The position numbers were made by a program, and so were the translations under genes. From NCBI GenBank assembly GCA_025058835.1, contig JANXEI010000001.1:42311-106310 (forward strand): a stretch of DNA of 64,000 bases. Direction: 5' to 3'. Below, in pieces: positions 42,326 to 52,742 of the stretch. The notes below the pieces were generated by a model, which saw nothing but the letters and a program-made list of their open reading frames with translations, was not told the origin of the DNA and ran no database searches. Source of the DNA: Acidilobaceae archaeon. Lineage in GTDB: Archaea > Thermoproteota > Thermoprotei_A > Sulfolobales > Acidilobaceae. Numbering within the stretch: position 1 is the first letter of the stretch; each line of letters opens with the position of its first letter.

Positions 42326-42769
42326 ATGGAGCTGGTAATCGGAGGCCCTTACGGTATGGCGCTGGTCATAGCCTCCCTTCTCGTAGGGCTAGCTGCCTCC
42401 CTCCTCAGCTACCTTGAGTTCAGGTACGGGATCGGCACGCCCCTCTGCAAGCCAGGCTCAAAGGTAGACTGCTACCGCGTTTACAGCATGCCCCAAGCCT
42501 GGCTCTTGGGCTACCACCTCTCGCAGCTCGCCCCCTATTACTTTACCTTCCTCCTCTCCCTCTCCCTTGCATGGGCCTTCATGGGCAACGGGCTGGCGCT
42601 CAAGACCCTCTCCTTCATAGCTCTAGAGAGCACCTTCCTGGCAGTCTACCTCATCTACCTGATGATAAAAGAGGCCAGAGCCCTCTGCCTCTACTGCCTC
42701 ACCATGCACGCAGCCATAGTGCTCGTAGCAGTCCTCACTCACAGGGCCTTCCTCTATGCAGGCATGTAG
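42326..42769 (+). CDS. VKOR-family (vitamin K epoxide reductase-like) membrane thiol oxidoreductase
   Basis: 147 aa with four TM segments, a loop Cys pair (CKPGSKVDC) and a CLYC motif in the last TM. Confidence 0.5.
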   Translation: MELVIGGPYGMALVIASLLVGLAASLLSYLEFRYGIGTPLCKPGSKVDCYRVYSMPQAWLLGYHLSQLAPYYFTFLLSLSLAWAFMGNGLALKTLSFIALESTFLAVYLIYLMIKEARALCLYCLTMHAAIVLVAVLTHRAFLYAGM

Positions 42770-43644
42770 GCCGGGTTGCTGAGGGTAGAGACCCTCCTCT
42801 CGCCCTCTATCATAGCCCTGAGGTGCTTCGGCACGCTGAACATGTTGAGGTGCGTCGTAGCGTCATAGAACCTCGTCTCTATCCTCCTCTCCTCCAGCCT
42901 CCTGCCAACTAGCTCGGCCGTGAGGCTCCTAGGGTCCAGCTCGTTTGAGGCAATGACGAAGCCCCAAAGGCCGCTGAAGCTGTTCATGAAGACGTGGTAG
43001 TAGGAGACGTGCTTGAAGGCGTTCCTGATCGTGTTGTAAATTATTGAGTGGGTCTGGGGAGTGTTAGAGGGGCTCGTGGCCTGGGTGACGAACACGCCCC
43101 CCTCCACCAGCTCCCCTATCTTGCGATAAGTTTCCAGGGTGTACAGCTTGTAAGCAGGCCCCCCCTCCAGCGGGTCGGAGAGGTCGGCAATGATAACGTC
43201 GAACTTCCCGGGGGAGCTCTCGATGTACTCCAGCGCATCCCCTATGATGAGCTTAGCCCTCCTGTCCTCGAAAGCCCCTGCGCTGAGCTCCCCCCACAGC
43301 TCCCTCGAGACCCTCACCACCTCCTCGTCTATGTCGACCATGACTGCCTCCTCCACGCTCCTGTGCTTCAGCACCTCCCTCAGCGTGGCGCCCTCTCCCC
43401 CTCCCAGGATCAGCACCCTCCTGGGGTTGGGGTGGAGCAGCATGGCAGGCTGAACTAGGGCTTCGTGGTAGACGAACTCATCGTGCTCAGATGACTGGCT
43501 CTTGCCGTCGAGGAGCAAGAGCTTGCCGAACTCGTAGCTCTCCACCAGCACTATCTCCTGGTACCTCGACCTCCCCTTGTAGAGGACCCTCTTCACCCCC
43601 TTCAGGTGACCATAGGTGGGGGTGTCCCATTCTATTATCCACAT
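42754..43644 (-). CDS. speE: Polyamine aminopropyltransferase (spermidine synthase family)
   Basis: YQEIVLVES, LLLDGKSQSSEHDEFVYHEAL, VLILGGGEGATLREVLKH and IIADLSDP motifs. Confidence 0.85.
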   Translation of the reverse strand: MWIIEWDTPTYGHLKGVKRVLYKGRSRYQEIVLVESYEFGKLLLLDGKSQSSEHDEFVYHEALVQPAMLLHPNPRRVLILGGGEGATLREVLKHRSVEEAVMVDIDEEVVRVSRELWGELSAGAFEDRRAKLIIGDALEYIESSPGKFDVIIADLSDPLEGGPAYKLYTLETYRKIGELVEGGVFVTQATSPSNTPQTHSIIYNTIRNAFKHVSYYHVFMNSFSGLWGFVIASNELDPRSLTAELVGRRLEERRIETRFYDATTHLNMFSVPKHLRAMIEGERRVSTLSNPAYMPA

Positions 43645-43681
43645 GGCGCATCGGGAGAGGGCTTCCTTCCGGGGCTAAAAG

Positions 43682-44749
43682 CTAGAGGCGTAGCAGGGTG
43701 ATGTATAGCGTGAGGAGCGCCAGCAGGCTCGTGATGCCGGTGAGGAGCGTGATCACCGCTACGAGCTCTGGCTCAGAGAGAGGTATCCTTGAGGTGATGA
43801 GGACAGGGAGGCTGAGGGCCCCCTCTGAGCTCTTGGGCCTGATGAACCACCTCTCCAGCACTACCGGCCTCTCGAAGCTCCTCCTCTCCTTGAAGCCCAC
43901 GGAAGTGATCTTGAGGAGCCCGTTCAAGAGGATGGGCAAGGCTGCCAGCACCGTCACTGCCTCCACCCTCCCGAGCACTGCCGCTGCAGCTATAGCAGCG
44001 CCCAAGGAGAAGCTGCCCACGTCCCCGTTGAAGGCCCTCGCTGGGTAAAGGTTGAGCGCGAGGGCGCCAGCGCTAGCCCCTGCAATGGCTAGGGAGAGGA
44101 GGAGGGCATATCGCCCCTCTGCTACCCCAGCTGCCCCCATCATGAGGCCGGCCGCCGCCATGGTCACGGCTATTATGAGGGCGGAGGAGAGCATGGAGCC
44201 GTTGTGGGTGTCGAACATGTTCAGCCCGTTCGTAGCTACGGTGAAGGCGAGGGGGAGGAGGATGGGGTAGACTATGGTGAGGCGGGCGAAGCCGTCGAGG
44301 GGGACGAGGGGGGAGGGGCTGTAGGCCCCCAGGGCAAGGAGGGGGAGGGAGGGGAGCGTGCCTAGCACTATCTTTTGCCAAGCCTTCAGCACTATGAAGT
44401 CGTCAAGGAGCCCGATGGCTGCCCCTATTGCCACGGAGGAGGAGAAGGCAAGGGCTACCCGCTCCTCTCCCGAGGCATAGAGGAGGGCAGATGAGGCTAG
44501 GAGCGCGAGGGACAAAGAGATGCCCACGCTCTCTGGCACCTCTACCTTGCAGGGCTTGTGAACGTCCACCCCCACGTGACGGAGCCTCCTGAAGAGCCAA
44601 GAGAAGAGGAGGGAAGATGCGAGAGCAATGGCCAGCGAGGTCAGCAGCACGTATAGCTCCAACTTCTTTCCCTCCCCTCCTCCCCCGGCTCCCCTTTTAT
44701 TGATTAGCCTCCGCCCTCTCGGGCCTCTTGGTGGGATGAGGTGACGCAA
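43682..44749 (-). CDS. Glycosyltransferase family 4 (MraY/WecA/AglH-like polyprenyl-phosphate HexNAc-1-P transferase)
   Basis: Polytopic membrane protein with LLDDF, NGLNMFDTHNGS and NAFNGDVGS motifs. The true start is probably downstream of the annotated Met. Confidence 0.7.
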   Translation of the reverse strand: MRHLIPPRGPRGRRLINKRGAGGGGEGKKLELYVLLTSLAIALASSLLFSWLFRRLRHVGVDVHKPCKVEVPESVGISLSLALLASSALLYASGEERVALAFSSSVAIGAAIGLLDDFIVLKAWQKIVLGTLPSLPLLALGAYSPSPLVPLDGFARLTIVYPILLPLAFTVATNGLNMFDTHNGSMLSSALIIAVTMAAAGLMMGAAGVAEGRYALLLSLAIAGASAGALALNLYPARAFNGDVGSFSLGAAIAAAAVLGRVEAVTVLAALPILLNGLLKITSVGFKERRSFERPVVLERWFIRPKSSEGALSLPVLITSRIPLSEPELVAVITLLTGITSLLALLTLYITLLRL

Positions 44750-44799
44750 ACCGGGAGAGAGGTGATCGGAGACTCTCGCTCGACCACCGGAGGGGCGAA

Positions 44800-45006
44800 A
44801 TGGCAGAGAGGGTCCTAAGGGAGCTCTTCTCCCTGCTCACCGTTATAGCGCTGGTGTTGGTAGCGCTTATACTCGTGAGGGTGGCAGCCTTCTCCCCGAG
44901 GCTGGCGCTGGCGGTGCTCCTAATCTTGATAGCTGTTGCAGCGCTGATGGCCCTGAGCTTCCTCCTCCGCCTCCTCAGGGGGCTCACGCGCGGATGGAAG
45001 CCTTGA
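44800..45006 (+). CDS. Small two-TM membrane protein (hypothetical)
   Basis: 68 aa with two hydrophobic helices and basic termini. The evidence is weak. Confidence 0.3.
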   Translation: MAERVLRELFSLLTVIALVLVALILVRVAAFSPRLALAVLLILIAVAALMALSFLLRLLRGLTRGWKP

Positions 45007-46492
45007 GCTCCTCCGCCAGCTCCTCCTGGAACAGCTCCCTCACGCTCCTCCTCTCCTTGTAGAGCCTCCTCTGCACCTCCTCGTTCTCAGAGAAGGCGTA
45101 GACGAAGACCATGGGCGCCGAGGCAACGTCTATCAGGGACTTGACGTAGAGGGAGGAGAAGGCAGCCTCCTTGAACGCCTCCCTGTCGTATATCCTCTGC
45201 ACATCTCCATCTGCCTTTACCTCCTCTGTCGAGAACCCTGCCCTCTTGGCTGCCCTCTCCCAGACGCCGTTGAACCTCTCTCCCAAGATTATCCTCTCCA
45301 GCTCCTCCTCCATGCTCACCTCCCACTTCCCCAGCCTGTTGAAGAGCTCCTCAGGCCTCTTGATCAGCGAGACCGGGAGGAGGGACCTCTCGTGCAGGAG
45401 AGCTGAAGCCCACCTCCTCCCCCCTTCGCTCCTGCTCCTCCTGAGGGCCTTTATCATGCTCATAGCATCGCTGTCGTCAAAGAAGAACCTCCCCTCTGCA
45501 ATCAGCTCTGCCAGCTTCTCTGCCCTGAGCACCTCGGCGAGAGAGAGGTCCAGGCCGCGCGGCCTCACCTCCTCCCACTCTTCCCTTATGTAGTCAAAGG
45601 CCCTCTTCACTGCCAGCTTTATGGCCCCGAGCTTGTGGTGGAAGTAGAGGGTCCTGTACATCTTGTAACGGGCATCGAACATGTCCTCCACTGCCTGGGA
45701 GGCCTTGGGGTTGAACTCCATGAGCAGCCTCCCCCCCTTTACTCTCACCTCCAGGCTCTCCACCATTCTGTCTATGTCTATGAACCCATACACCACTCCC
45801 GTGAAGGTGGCGTCCCTCACAAGGTAGTCAAGCCTGTCCGCGTCAACGATGTAGTTCGACATGATCCTCTTAACCAGCCCCAACGCCTCCTCCTTGAGGC
45901 CTATGTCGCGGGCTATCCCCCGCCCTCGCCCGTCCCTCCCGAACAAGGCCTCCCTGGTCGCCTGCAAGTAGAGCTCTAGGTCCTCGTGCTCATCCCCCAG
46001 AATATTTGCCAGCTTCGAGATGAAGGTCTGAGTGTACAGCTCGTGGAGCTTCTCGTACTCGCCTCCCGGGCTCAGCTCTGAGTAGCTGAGGATTGCCTCC
46101 ACGGCCTCCTCGCTCATGTGGCTGAAGGGGAGGTGGCCTATGTCGTGCAGGATGCCAGCTAACCTCACCACCTGGAGGAAGGAGGCAAAGGAGCTCTGGT
46201 CGCAGCGCTCAAATATGGCAGCGCATACGTCGGAGCTCCTCATGCTGGCCTCCACGGCCCTCCTCCCCATCCTCCAAGCTATGTGCATCACCCCCAGCGA
46301 GTGCTCCAGCCTGCTGTGGGTGGCTGAGGGGAAGACCAGGTTGGCGAGGCCGAGCTGCTTTATGTCATGGATCCTGCGGAGGAAGGGGGTCTGCAGGATC
46401 TCGTACTCGGCAACGTTCAGGGGGATCACTCCGTGGATGCTGTCCTGCACTATGGTGCGGTGCTCGTAAGCGCCCAGGAGCTCCTGCGTCAA
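44984..46492 (-). CDS. HD-domain phosphohydrolase (dNTP triphosphohydrolase/SAMHD1-like family)
   Basis: HSRLEHSLGVMHIA and ILHDIGHLPFSH motifs; DADRLDY; 502 aa. Confidence 0.7.
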   Translation of the reverse strand: MTQELLGAYEHRTIVQDSIHGVIPLNVAEYEILQTPFLRRIHDIKQLGLANLVFPSATHSRLEHSLGVMHIAWRMGRRAVEASMRSSDVCAAIFERCDQSSFASFLQVVRLAGILHDIGHLPFSHMSEEAVEAILSYSELSPGGEYEKLHELYTQTFISKLANILGDEHEDLELYLQATREALFGRDGRGRGIARDIGLKEEALGLVKRIMSNYIVDADRLDYLVRDATFTGVVYGFIDIDRMVESLEVRVKGGRLLMEFNPKASQAVEDMFDARYKMYRTLYFHHKLGAIKLAVKRAFDYIREEWEEVRPRGLDLSLAEVLRAEKLAELIAEGRFFFDDSDAMSMIKALRRSRSEGGRRWASALLHERSLLPVSLIKRPEELFNRLGKWEVSMEEELERIILGERFNGVWERAAKRAGFSTEEVKADGDVQRIYDREAFKEAAFSSLYVKSLIDVASAPMVFVYAFSENEEVQRRLYKERRSVRELFQEELAEELKASIRA

Positions 46493-46641
46493 AGGTCCCC
46501 CTGCGGAGGGCCTCTGGCCGCCCTAATATAGTAATACCCATCTCCGTCAGCCCTATTTAGGGAGCTGCACTTCCATTTACGCTTCTCTTACTCCCCCTCC
46601 TCCCCCAACTCTTAAGCCCCTACAGTAATTGGGGGAGGCAA

Positions 46642-46905
46642 GTGAGCACTACCTTCGAGACCCACTGGGCCATGCCCGCTGCTGTGTACGTGGCCGCGAA
46701 GAGGTGGGGAGAGCAGAGGGGGAAGGGGCTGGAGGAGGCCCTGGCAGAGGCCACTAGGGCGAACAGCTGGGTGAGGGGCGCGGCGCTGCTCCTCATCCAC
46801 AACAGGGGGCTGAGGGAGAGCATAGCAAAGAGGGTGGAGAGAGGGGTGCTGCCGCCTCACAAGTACTTGAAGGAGGCAGAGGAGGCGCTGAGGTCAGTTG
46901 GGTAA
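46642..46905 (+). CDS. Hypothetical protein
   Basis: 87-aa ORF in an otherwise empty interval. No motif recognised. Confidence 0.3.
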   Translation: MSTTFETHWAMPAAVYVAAKRWGEQRGKGLEEALAEATRANSWVRGAALLLIHNRGLRESIAKRVERGVLPPHKYLKEAEEALRSVG

Positions 46906-46979
46906 GTTGATCTCACCCCTCGAGCCGGGAGTATCTCTTCATCCCCCTCCTTACCATTTGCTATAAACTTTACTTTAAA

Positions 46980-48047
46980 ATGAAGATGGGAGATGGGATG
47001 GAGGCCTACGTGGTAGGTGGTGGCATGGCCGGAGCTGGAGCAGCCTTTGCTCTAGCCAGGGCAGGCCTGAGGACTACCGTCCTGGAGGCACAGCCGAAGT
47101 TAGGCCTGAAGCCATGCGGAAGGGGGATCCCGCAGGTGGGCGACCTGCCGTTCTCCGTGCCCAAGGAGGCGATACTGAACGAGATCCGCGCCGTTGCCAC
47201 CTGGCTCGACGGGGAGCCGCTCTTCAGGTACTCTGGGGGCCTAAATGGCTACATAGTGGACAAGGGAGGGCTTCTGGAGCACATCTTTGCCGAGGCAGGG
47301 GCGGAGGTGGTGTACAACGCGAAGTACAACGTTAGGACGGGGACGGCAAGGGTTAACGGTGAGCAGGTAGAGGTCAAGAAGGGAGTCTTCGCGGCAGGCT
47401 TTGCCTTCTATGAAGGGGAGCGGATACCTGTGGTTCAGTATATCATGAAAGGCCCCCTTAAGGACGTTAGCTATGACACCATAGAGGTCCACTTCAACAC
47501 GGAGATCATGGGCTACTACTACGTGTTCCCCCACGGGGAGGACGTAGAGGTGGGGGTGGGAGGCTTTGCTGCTCCGCGGGAGCTCTGGGCAATACTCGAC
47601 AAGTTCATAGAGAAGGACAGCAGGCTGAGAGGGCGCATCCTAGCCAAGGAGTCCTCGGCCGTCTCGGTGGGCGGGGTGAAGCTAGGCTACGTCAACGGCC
47701 TCCCTAAGGCTGGGGAGGCTGCAGGTTACGTGATGCCCCTCACGGGAGAGGGCAACAGGCCTTCTACCATCTCGGGCTATTTGGCAGGGAAGGCTGTGGC
47801 AGAGGGGAAGGACCCGCTGGAGGCGCAGAGGAGGTCACATGTTACGAGGGGCGTGGAGTTGCAGAGGAGGCTGCTGGAGTGGACGAAGAGCATGGAGGTG
47901 AGGGAGAGGAGGGAGGTGATCAGATCCCTCCCGCCCGAGGTCCATGCAGAGGTGGCCCTCGCCACCTTCCGAATACCGAAGATGATGATGAGGTTAGCTC
48001 ATAAGCCTCTCTTCATGCTCAAGGTAGCTGCAAAGTTGGTGAGGTGA
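46980..48047 (+). CDS. FAD-dependent oxidoreductase, geranylgeranyl-reductase family
   Basis: N-terminal dinucleotide fold AYVVGGGMAGAGAAFALARAGLRTTVLE and a GEAAGYVMPLTGEG motif. Confidence 0.6.
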   Translation: MKMGDGMEAYVVGGGMAGAGAAFALARAGLRTTVLEAQPKLGLKPCGRGIPQVGDLPFSVPKEAILNEIRAVATWLDGEPLFRYSGGLNGYIVDKGGLLEHIFAEAGAEVVYNAKYNVRTGTARVNGEQVEVKKGVFAAGFAFYEGERIPVVQYIMKGPLKDVSYDTIEVHFNTEIMGYYYVFPHGEDVEVGVGGFAAPRELWAILDKFIEKDSRLRGRILAKESSAVSVGGVKLGYVNGLPKAGEAAGYVMPLTGEGNRPSTISGYLAGKAVAEGKDPLEAQRRSHVTRGVELQRRLLEWTKSMEVRERREVIRSLPPEVHAEVALATFRIPKMMMRLAHKPLFMLKVAAKLVR

Positions 48048-48048
48048 G

Positions 48049-48294
48049 GTGGGCTCAGCTCCCTTCAGGGCAAGGGCTGTGCTGACAGCGCTTAGGCAAC
48101 CGCTGCTCCTCATGCTCGTAGGCTGGTCGGGCTCTGTTGCGCTAGCGTATCTCCTCACCCTCCCAGCCTCCCAGCGCCTCCCCCTCTCCTGGAGCGCGCT
48201 GCTGACGGCAGCAGCCCTGATCCTAGCTGTCCTCTGGCTCGCCTCCTGGAGAGCCCTAGCCCTCTCCCTCACGCGAAGGAACCTCAGGCGCTGA
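48049..48294 (+). CDS. Hypothetical small membrane protein
   Basis: 81 aa with two hydrophobic stretches, starting directly after the preceding gene. The evidence is weak. Confidence 0.25.
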   Translation: MGSAPFRARAVLTALRQPLLLMLVGWSGSVALAYLLTLPASQRLPLSWSALLTAAALILAVLWLASWRALALSLTRRNLRR

Positions 48295-49237
48295 GCGCCC
48301 TCTTCAGCCTCTGCTTGTAATCGCTTATGAACGGCGTGGCCTCAGGCGCCGTTCTCCTCCTCTTTGCCGCTAGCACAGAGGCAACGCCGCCTACCTGCGC
48401 TCCCTTCAGGAGGCTTGCAAGTGTCGCCCTCCCCAGCTCGAGCTCCAGCACCTTGCCGTGGAGGGAGTACTTCTCCTTCACCAACTCCATCACCTCCCTG
48501 CACACTCCCTCCCCCTTCACCGCCACAAAGCCTACCTTCGCTGCCCTCCCCGCCTGCCACGCCACTATGTCGTTGTGGGCTGACTCAGGGTAGACCTCGC
48601 TCTTCACCAGCACCTTCGCGTTCTCGCTGAACTCCTGCCTCCACCTCTCTGCTATAACGCCAAGCTCTCCGCAGGCCCCCACGACCAGCACGTCCACCTC
48701 TGCTGCCAACTCAGCGAAGGGCTCTGCCTCGTCAGCCATGAAGGTCCTCATGGAATTATATGCAGCAAGCAGGTCGTCCTCAGAGATATAACCGCTCGCT
48801 GTCGAGCCGAGCAGGATGCCCAGCATGGAGGGGAGGGCAGCCCTGGGGAGGAGCCCCTTCCTCACGCCCAGCCAAGGGGTTCCGCCTCTCCTCGCCTCCT
48901 CCTGCAGCGCTCCCCCGCTGCTAACTGCTACTACTCTGCTCCCGCTCGCCAGCGCTTCCCTGAAACAGCTGAGGGTCTCCAGCGTCTCGCCGGAGTAGCT
49001 GAGGGCGAAGACAGGCTTGCCCCTCGCCCAGAGGGGCAGGCCGAAGCCCTTGTGGACCCTCACCGAGAGGTCGAGACGGTGAGCAGACGCGACTGCGGAG
49101 AGGAAGTCCCCGGCAGCCCCGCTGCCGCCGAGGCCGCAGATCACGACCTCTCTCTCCTCTAACGGCAGGGAGCGCCCTGTCTCGAACCCCTCGAGGAGCA
49201 GCTCTGGCCACAGGGAGTACTGCTCTAGGAGGTCCAA
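48284..49237 (-). CDS. Bifunctional phosphoglucose/phosphomannose isomerase (SIS domain, crenarchaeal type)
   Basis: VVICGLGGSGAAGDFL and ALSYSGETLETL motifs; 317 aa. Confidence 0.7.
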   Translation of the reverse strand: MDLLEQYSLWPELLLEGFETGRSLPLEEREVVICGLGGSGAAGDFLSAVASAHRLDLSVRVHKGFGLPLWARGKPVFALSYSGETLETLSCFREALASGSRVVAVSSGGALQEEARRGGTPWLGVRKGLLPRAALPSMLGILLGSTASGYISEDDLLAAYNSMRTFMADEAEPFAELAAEVDVLVVGACGELGVIAERWRQEFSENAKVLVKSEVYPESAHNDIVAWQAGRAAKVGFVAVKGEGVCREVMELVKEKYSLHGKVLELELGRATLASLLKGAQVGGVASVLAAKRRRTAPEATPFISDYKQRLKRALSA

Positions 49238-49288
49238 TCTACCTCCCCGCTCTATCGTTTCCCTTTTATTTATATTCCCCTTCTCCTA

Positions 49289-50323
49289 TTGGGGGGAGAA
49301 GTGAAGCTCCACATAGTATACGACGAGATCCACAGGCTCCACGCAGATCCCTCGGGCAGGCATCCCTCAGATCCCTGGAGGCTCGAGAGGGCCCTCTCAG
49401 CCCTCAAGGCCTCCCGCGTGTGGGAGCTGGCAGAGCTCCACAGGGCTCCGGCGCCCAGCGATGAGGCCCTCCTGCTCGCTCACGAGCCGGAATACTTGAG
49501 GATGCTGGAGGAGGAGAGCAGGCACGGCTTCCATTACATAGACAGGGACACCTACATAACGGAGCACAGCCTCACTGCTGGGAAAGCCTTTGCAAGCGCA
49601 ACGCTCCAGGCAGTGCAGAGCTCTCTCGAGAGCCGCGAGCCCTGGTTCGTCATGCCCCGCCCAGGCGGCCATCATGCGGGGAGGAAGGGGTGGGCCATGG
49701 GAGCTCCTACCCTCGGCTTCTGCCTCGTGAACTACGCCGGGATAGCTGCAAAGGCCTTCCTCAGGCGGGGCTTGCGGGTGCTAGCTCTGGACTTCGATGC
49801 CCACCACGGCAACGGGACGCAGGACATCCTCTGGCAGGACGCGAGGGCAGTGCACATAGACATTCACGAGGACGGCATATACCCGGGCTCTGGGGAGGTG
49901 GGCGATTGGGGAGGGGAGGGGGCTGAGGGCACAAAGGTGAACGTCCCCCTCCCCCCCTTCAGCGGGGACAGAGAGATGAGGTGGGCCGTGAGGAACGTGG
50001 TAGAGCCCATCATAGAGGCCTTCAGGCCTGAGGCTTTCGTCATCTCAGCAGGGTTCGATGCCTTCGTGGGAGACCCGCTCACCCACATGAGGGCGACGGA
50101 GAGCAGCTTCGAGCTCTTCGGGGAGCTCCTCAGGCCCTTCGTCGGCTCAAGGCCCCTGGTGATAGTGCTAGAGGGAGGCTATGGCCAGGGGCTCCAGAAG
50201 GGCCTCGCGGCCTTCTTCGAGAGCCTCATGGGCTTGAGGGAGGGAGGCGAGGGGGAGGAGAGGGAGCCCCCTCACGGGAGAGACGTGCGGGAGCTGTTGG
50301 CGAGGTTCTGGGGGATAGGGTGA
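49289..50323 (+). CDS. Histone deacetylase-family (AcuC/acetylpolyamine amidohydrolase-like) enzyme
   Basis: PGGHHAG, GFCLVNYAGIAA and DFDAHHGNGTQDI motifs. Confidence 0.8.
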   Translation: MGGEVKLHIVYDEIHRLHADPSGRHPSDPWRLERALSALKASRVWELAELHRAPAPSDEALLLAHEPEYLRMLEEESRHGFHYIDRDTYITEHSLTAGKAFASATLQAVQSSLESREPWFVMPRPGGHHAGRKGWAMGAPTLGFCLVNYAGIAAKAFLRRGLRVLALDFDAHHGNGTQDILWQDARAVHIDIHEDGIYPGSGEVGDWGGEGAEGTKVNVPLPPFSGDREMRWAVRNVVEPIIEAFRPEAFVISAGFDAFVGDPLTHMRATESSFELFGELLRPFVGSRPLVIVLEGGYGQGLQKGLAAFFESLMGLREGGEGEEREPPHGRDVRELLARFWGIG

Positions 50324-51654
50324 TGCTCGAGGGGCTAAGGGATGCGGTGAGGAAGTTCCTGGGGAGCGGTCACTACGAGAGGGCAGTGGAGGACTTCGTG
50401 AAGGACCTGCAGAAGGAGCTCATCAGGGCTGACGTTAACGTGAAGCTGGTGCTGGAGCTCAGCAAGAGGATAAAGGAGAGGGCCTTGAAGGAGGAGCCGC
50501 CGCTGGGGGTCTCGAGGAAGGACTGGTTCGTTAAGGCAGTCTATGAGGAGCTCTCCCAGCTCTTCGGGGGCGACAGGGAGCCCAGCGTGGAGCCCAAGGG
50601 CAGGCCCTGGATAATCTTGCTCGTAGGCGTGCAGGGCTCGGGGAAGACCACAACTGCAGGGAAGCTAGCCCTCTTCTACGCGAGACGCGGCTACAAGGTG
50701 GGGTTAGTGTCTACAGACACTCATAGGCCCGGCGCATACCAGCAGCTCAAGACCCTAGCAGAGAGGGCTGGGGCTATGTTCTACGGGGAGGAGCAGGGAG
50801 ATCCGGTCAAGATAGCGGCCAGGGGCGTGGCAGAGCTGAGGGAGAGGGGGGCAGAGGTGATTATAGTGGACACGGCAGGCAGGCACGGCTACGGGGAGGA
50901 GGAGGGCCTCCTGCAGGAGATGAGGAGAATAGCAGAGGCCGTTTCGCCCAACGAGGTCATGCTGGTGATAGATGCAGCCATCGGGCAGAAGGCCTACGAT
51001 CTGGCCTCCCGCTTCCACAAGAGCGTCCCCGTGGGCTCCATCATAGTTTCCAAGGCCGACGGAACTGCCAGGGGCGGAGGCGTGCTCTCTGCCGCTGCTG
51101 CTACGGGCGCAACAGTGAAGTTCCTGGGCACCGGGGAGGCCCTAGAGGAGCTGGAGGTCTTCAGGCCAAAGAGGTTCGTGGGGAGGGTGCTGGGGCTCGG
51201 CGACATAGAGGGCCTGCTGGAGAGACTCAAGGCCGTGGAGGAAGCTAAGGAGGTGGAGGAGGCCACGAAGGAGATCATCAAGGGGAAGATCACCATGCGC
51301 CTCCTCTACAGGCAGCTGAAGTCCCTCAGGAAGATGGGACCTCTGGGGAAGGTGCTCCAGATGTTCCCCCTGCCCATAGCCTCCGAGGCCCTGAAAGATG
51401 CATCAAAGATGGGGGAGGAGAAGATAGATCGTTGGCTGGCCATAATGGAGAGCATGACCTACGAGGAGCTGGACAAGCCGAGCATAATAGACAGGAGCAG
51501 GATGAGGAGGATCGCAATAGGCAGCGGCACCTCGGTAGAGGAGGTGAAGGAGCTGCTCAAGTATTACGAGAACATGGTGAACCTCTCGAAGAGGCTGAGG
51601 AGGGACAGGGGGCTGCTGCGCAGGCTGGGCATGGAGCTGCCCGAGGAGGGTTGA
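50320..51654 (+). CDS. srp54: Signal recognition particle protein SRP54
   Basis: GVQGSGKTTTAGKLA, DTAGRH, SKADGTARGG and a Met-rich M domain. Confidence 0.9.
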   Translation: MMLEGLRDAVRKFLGSGHYERAVEDFVKDLQKELIRADVNVKLVLELSKRIKERALKEEPPLGVSRKDWFVKAVYEELSQLFGGDREPSVEPKGRPWIILLVGVQGSGKTTTAGKLALFYARRGYKVGLVSTDTHRPGAYQQLKTLAERAGAMFYGEEQGDPVKIAARGVAELRERGAEVIIVDTAGRHGYGEEEGLLQEMRRIAEAVSPNEVMLVIDAAIGQKAYDLASRFHKSVPVGSIIVSKADGTARGGGVLSAAAATGATVKFLGTGEALEELEVFRPKRFVGRVLGLGDIEGLLERLKAVEEAKEVEEATKEIIKGKITMRLLYRQLKSLRKMGPLGKVLQMFPLPIASEALKDASKMGEEKIDRWLAIMESMTYEELDKPSIIDRSRMRRIAIGSGTSVEEVKELLKYYENMVNLSKRLRRDRGLLRRLGMELPEEG

Positions 51655-52112
51655 GGGTCCACATCCTCCCCCGCCCTAGGGACTGGAGGGAAGCTGGTCG
51701 CTTCATAGCCAACGCCCTCCTTCTCTCCCACGGGGTGAGGAGGGACGCAGAGGCCTTCGTAGGCCTGGAGGGGGGTTGGCTGAGGGCGAGGGGAGACAGG
51801 GTAAGGCACCTGAGGCCTGACGAGGAGAGCTTGAGGGGCTGGCTTGCCGCTGCGGTGAGGGGCTCAAGGGTAGGGGCAGAGGTAGTGCCCCAGCCTCCCT
51901 ACTCTCAGGCAATATGCGTGGGGCCAGAGGGGGAGGAGCCCCTCTCCGTGCTAAGGAGATATCCCCCCGTCCTCTCCTACGGCGAGGGGCTAGAGTGCCT
52001 TGCAAGGGCCCGCATAGCCCTCCCCCCTGTCTATGCAGTGATCGTGGCAAACGTGCTCATGGACAACCTAGAAGATAATAGGGTAGGAGGAGACCCTCTA
52101 TCTGGACTATGA
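51651..52112 (+). CDS. SPOUT-class methyltransferase-like protein (TrmY/DUF358-like)
   Basis: A TTG start at 51651 overlaps the SRP54 stop (TTGA). GRFIANALLLSHGVRRDAEAFVGL and HLRPDEESLRGWL resemble the TrmY core (from memory). The track ORF start at 51432 lies inside srp54. Confidence 0.4.
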   Translation: MRVHILPRPRDWREAGRFIANALLLSHGVRRDAEAFVGLEGGWLRARGDRVRHLRPDEESLRGWLAAAVRGSRVGAEVVPQPPYSQAICVGPEGEEPLSVLRRYPPVLSYGEGLECLARARIALPPVYAVIVANVLMDNLEDNRVGGDPLSGL

Positions 52113-52164
52113 GGAGGGTGGAGCGACTCCGAGGGGTGAGGAACGACTTTCCCCTGAGTCCCAG

Positions 52165-52684
<520 letters not shown>

Positions 52685-52742
52685 ATATAGAGCTCCCGAG
52701 AAAAAGGTTATTAAGCGTATCTAGCCCCGCCCCGAGGGGGCC

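Noticed and set aside
51432-51650. This is the upstream 73 codons of the track ORF 51432..52112.
   Set aside because: This part lies wholly inside srp54 in another frame. The TrmY-like homology begins only after the in-frame TTG at 51651, which overlaps the srp54 stop.
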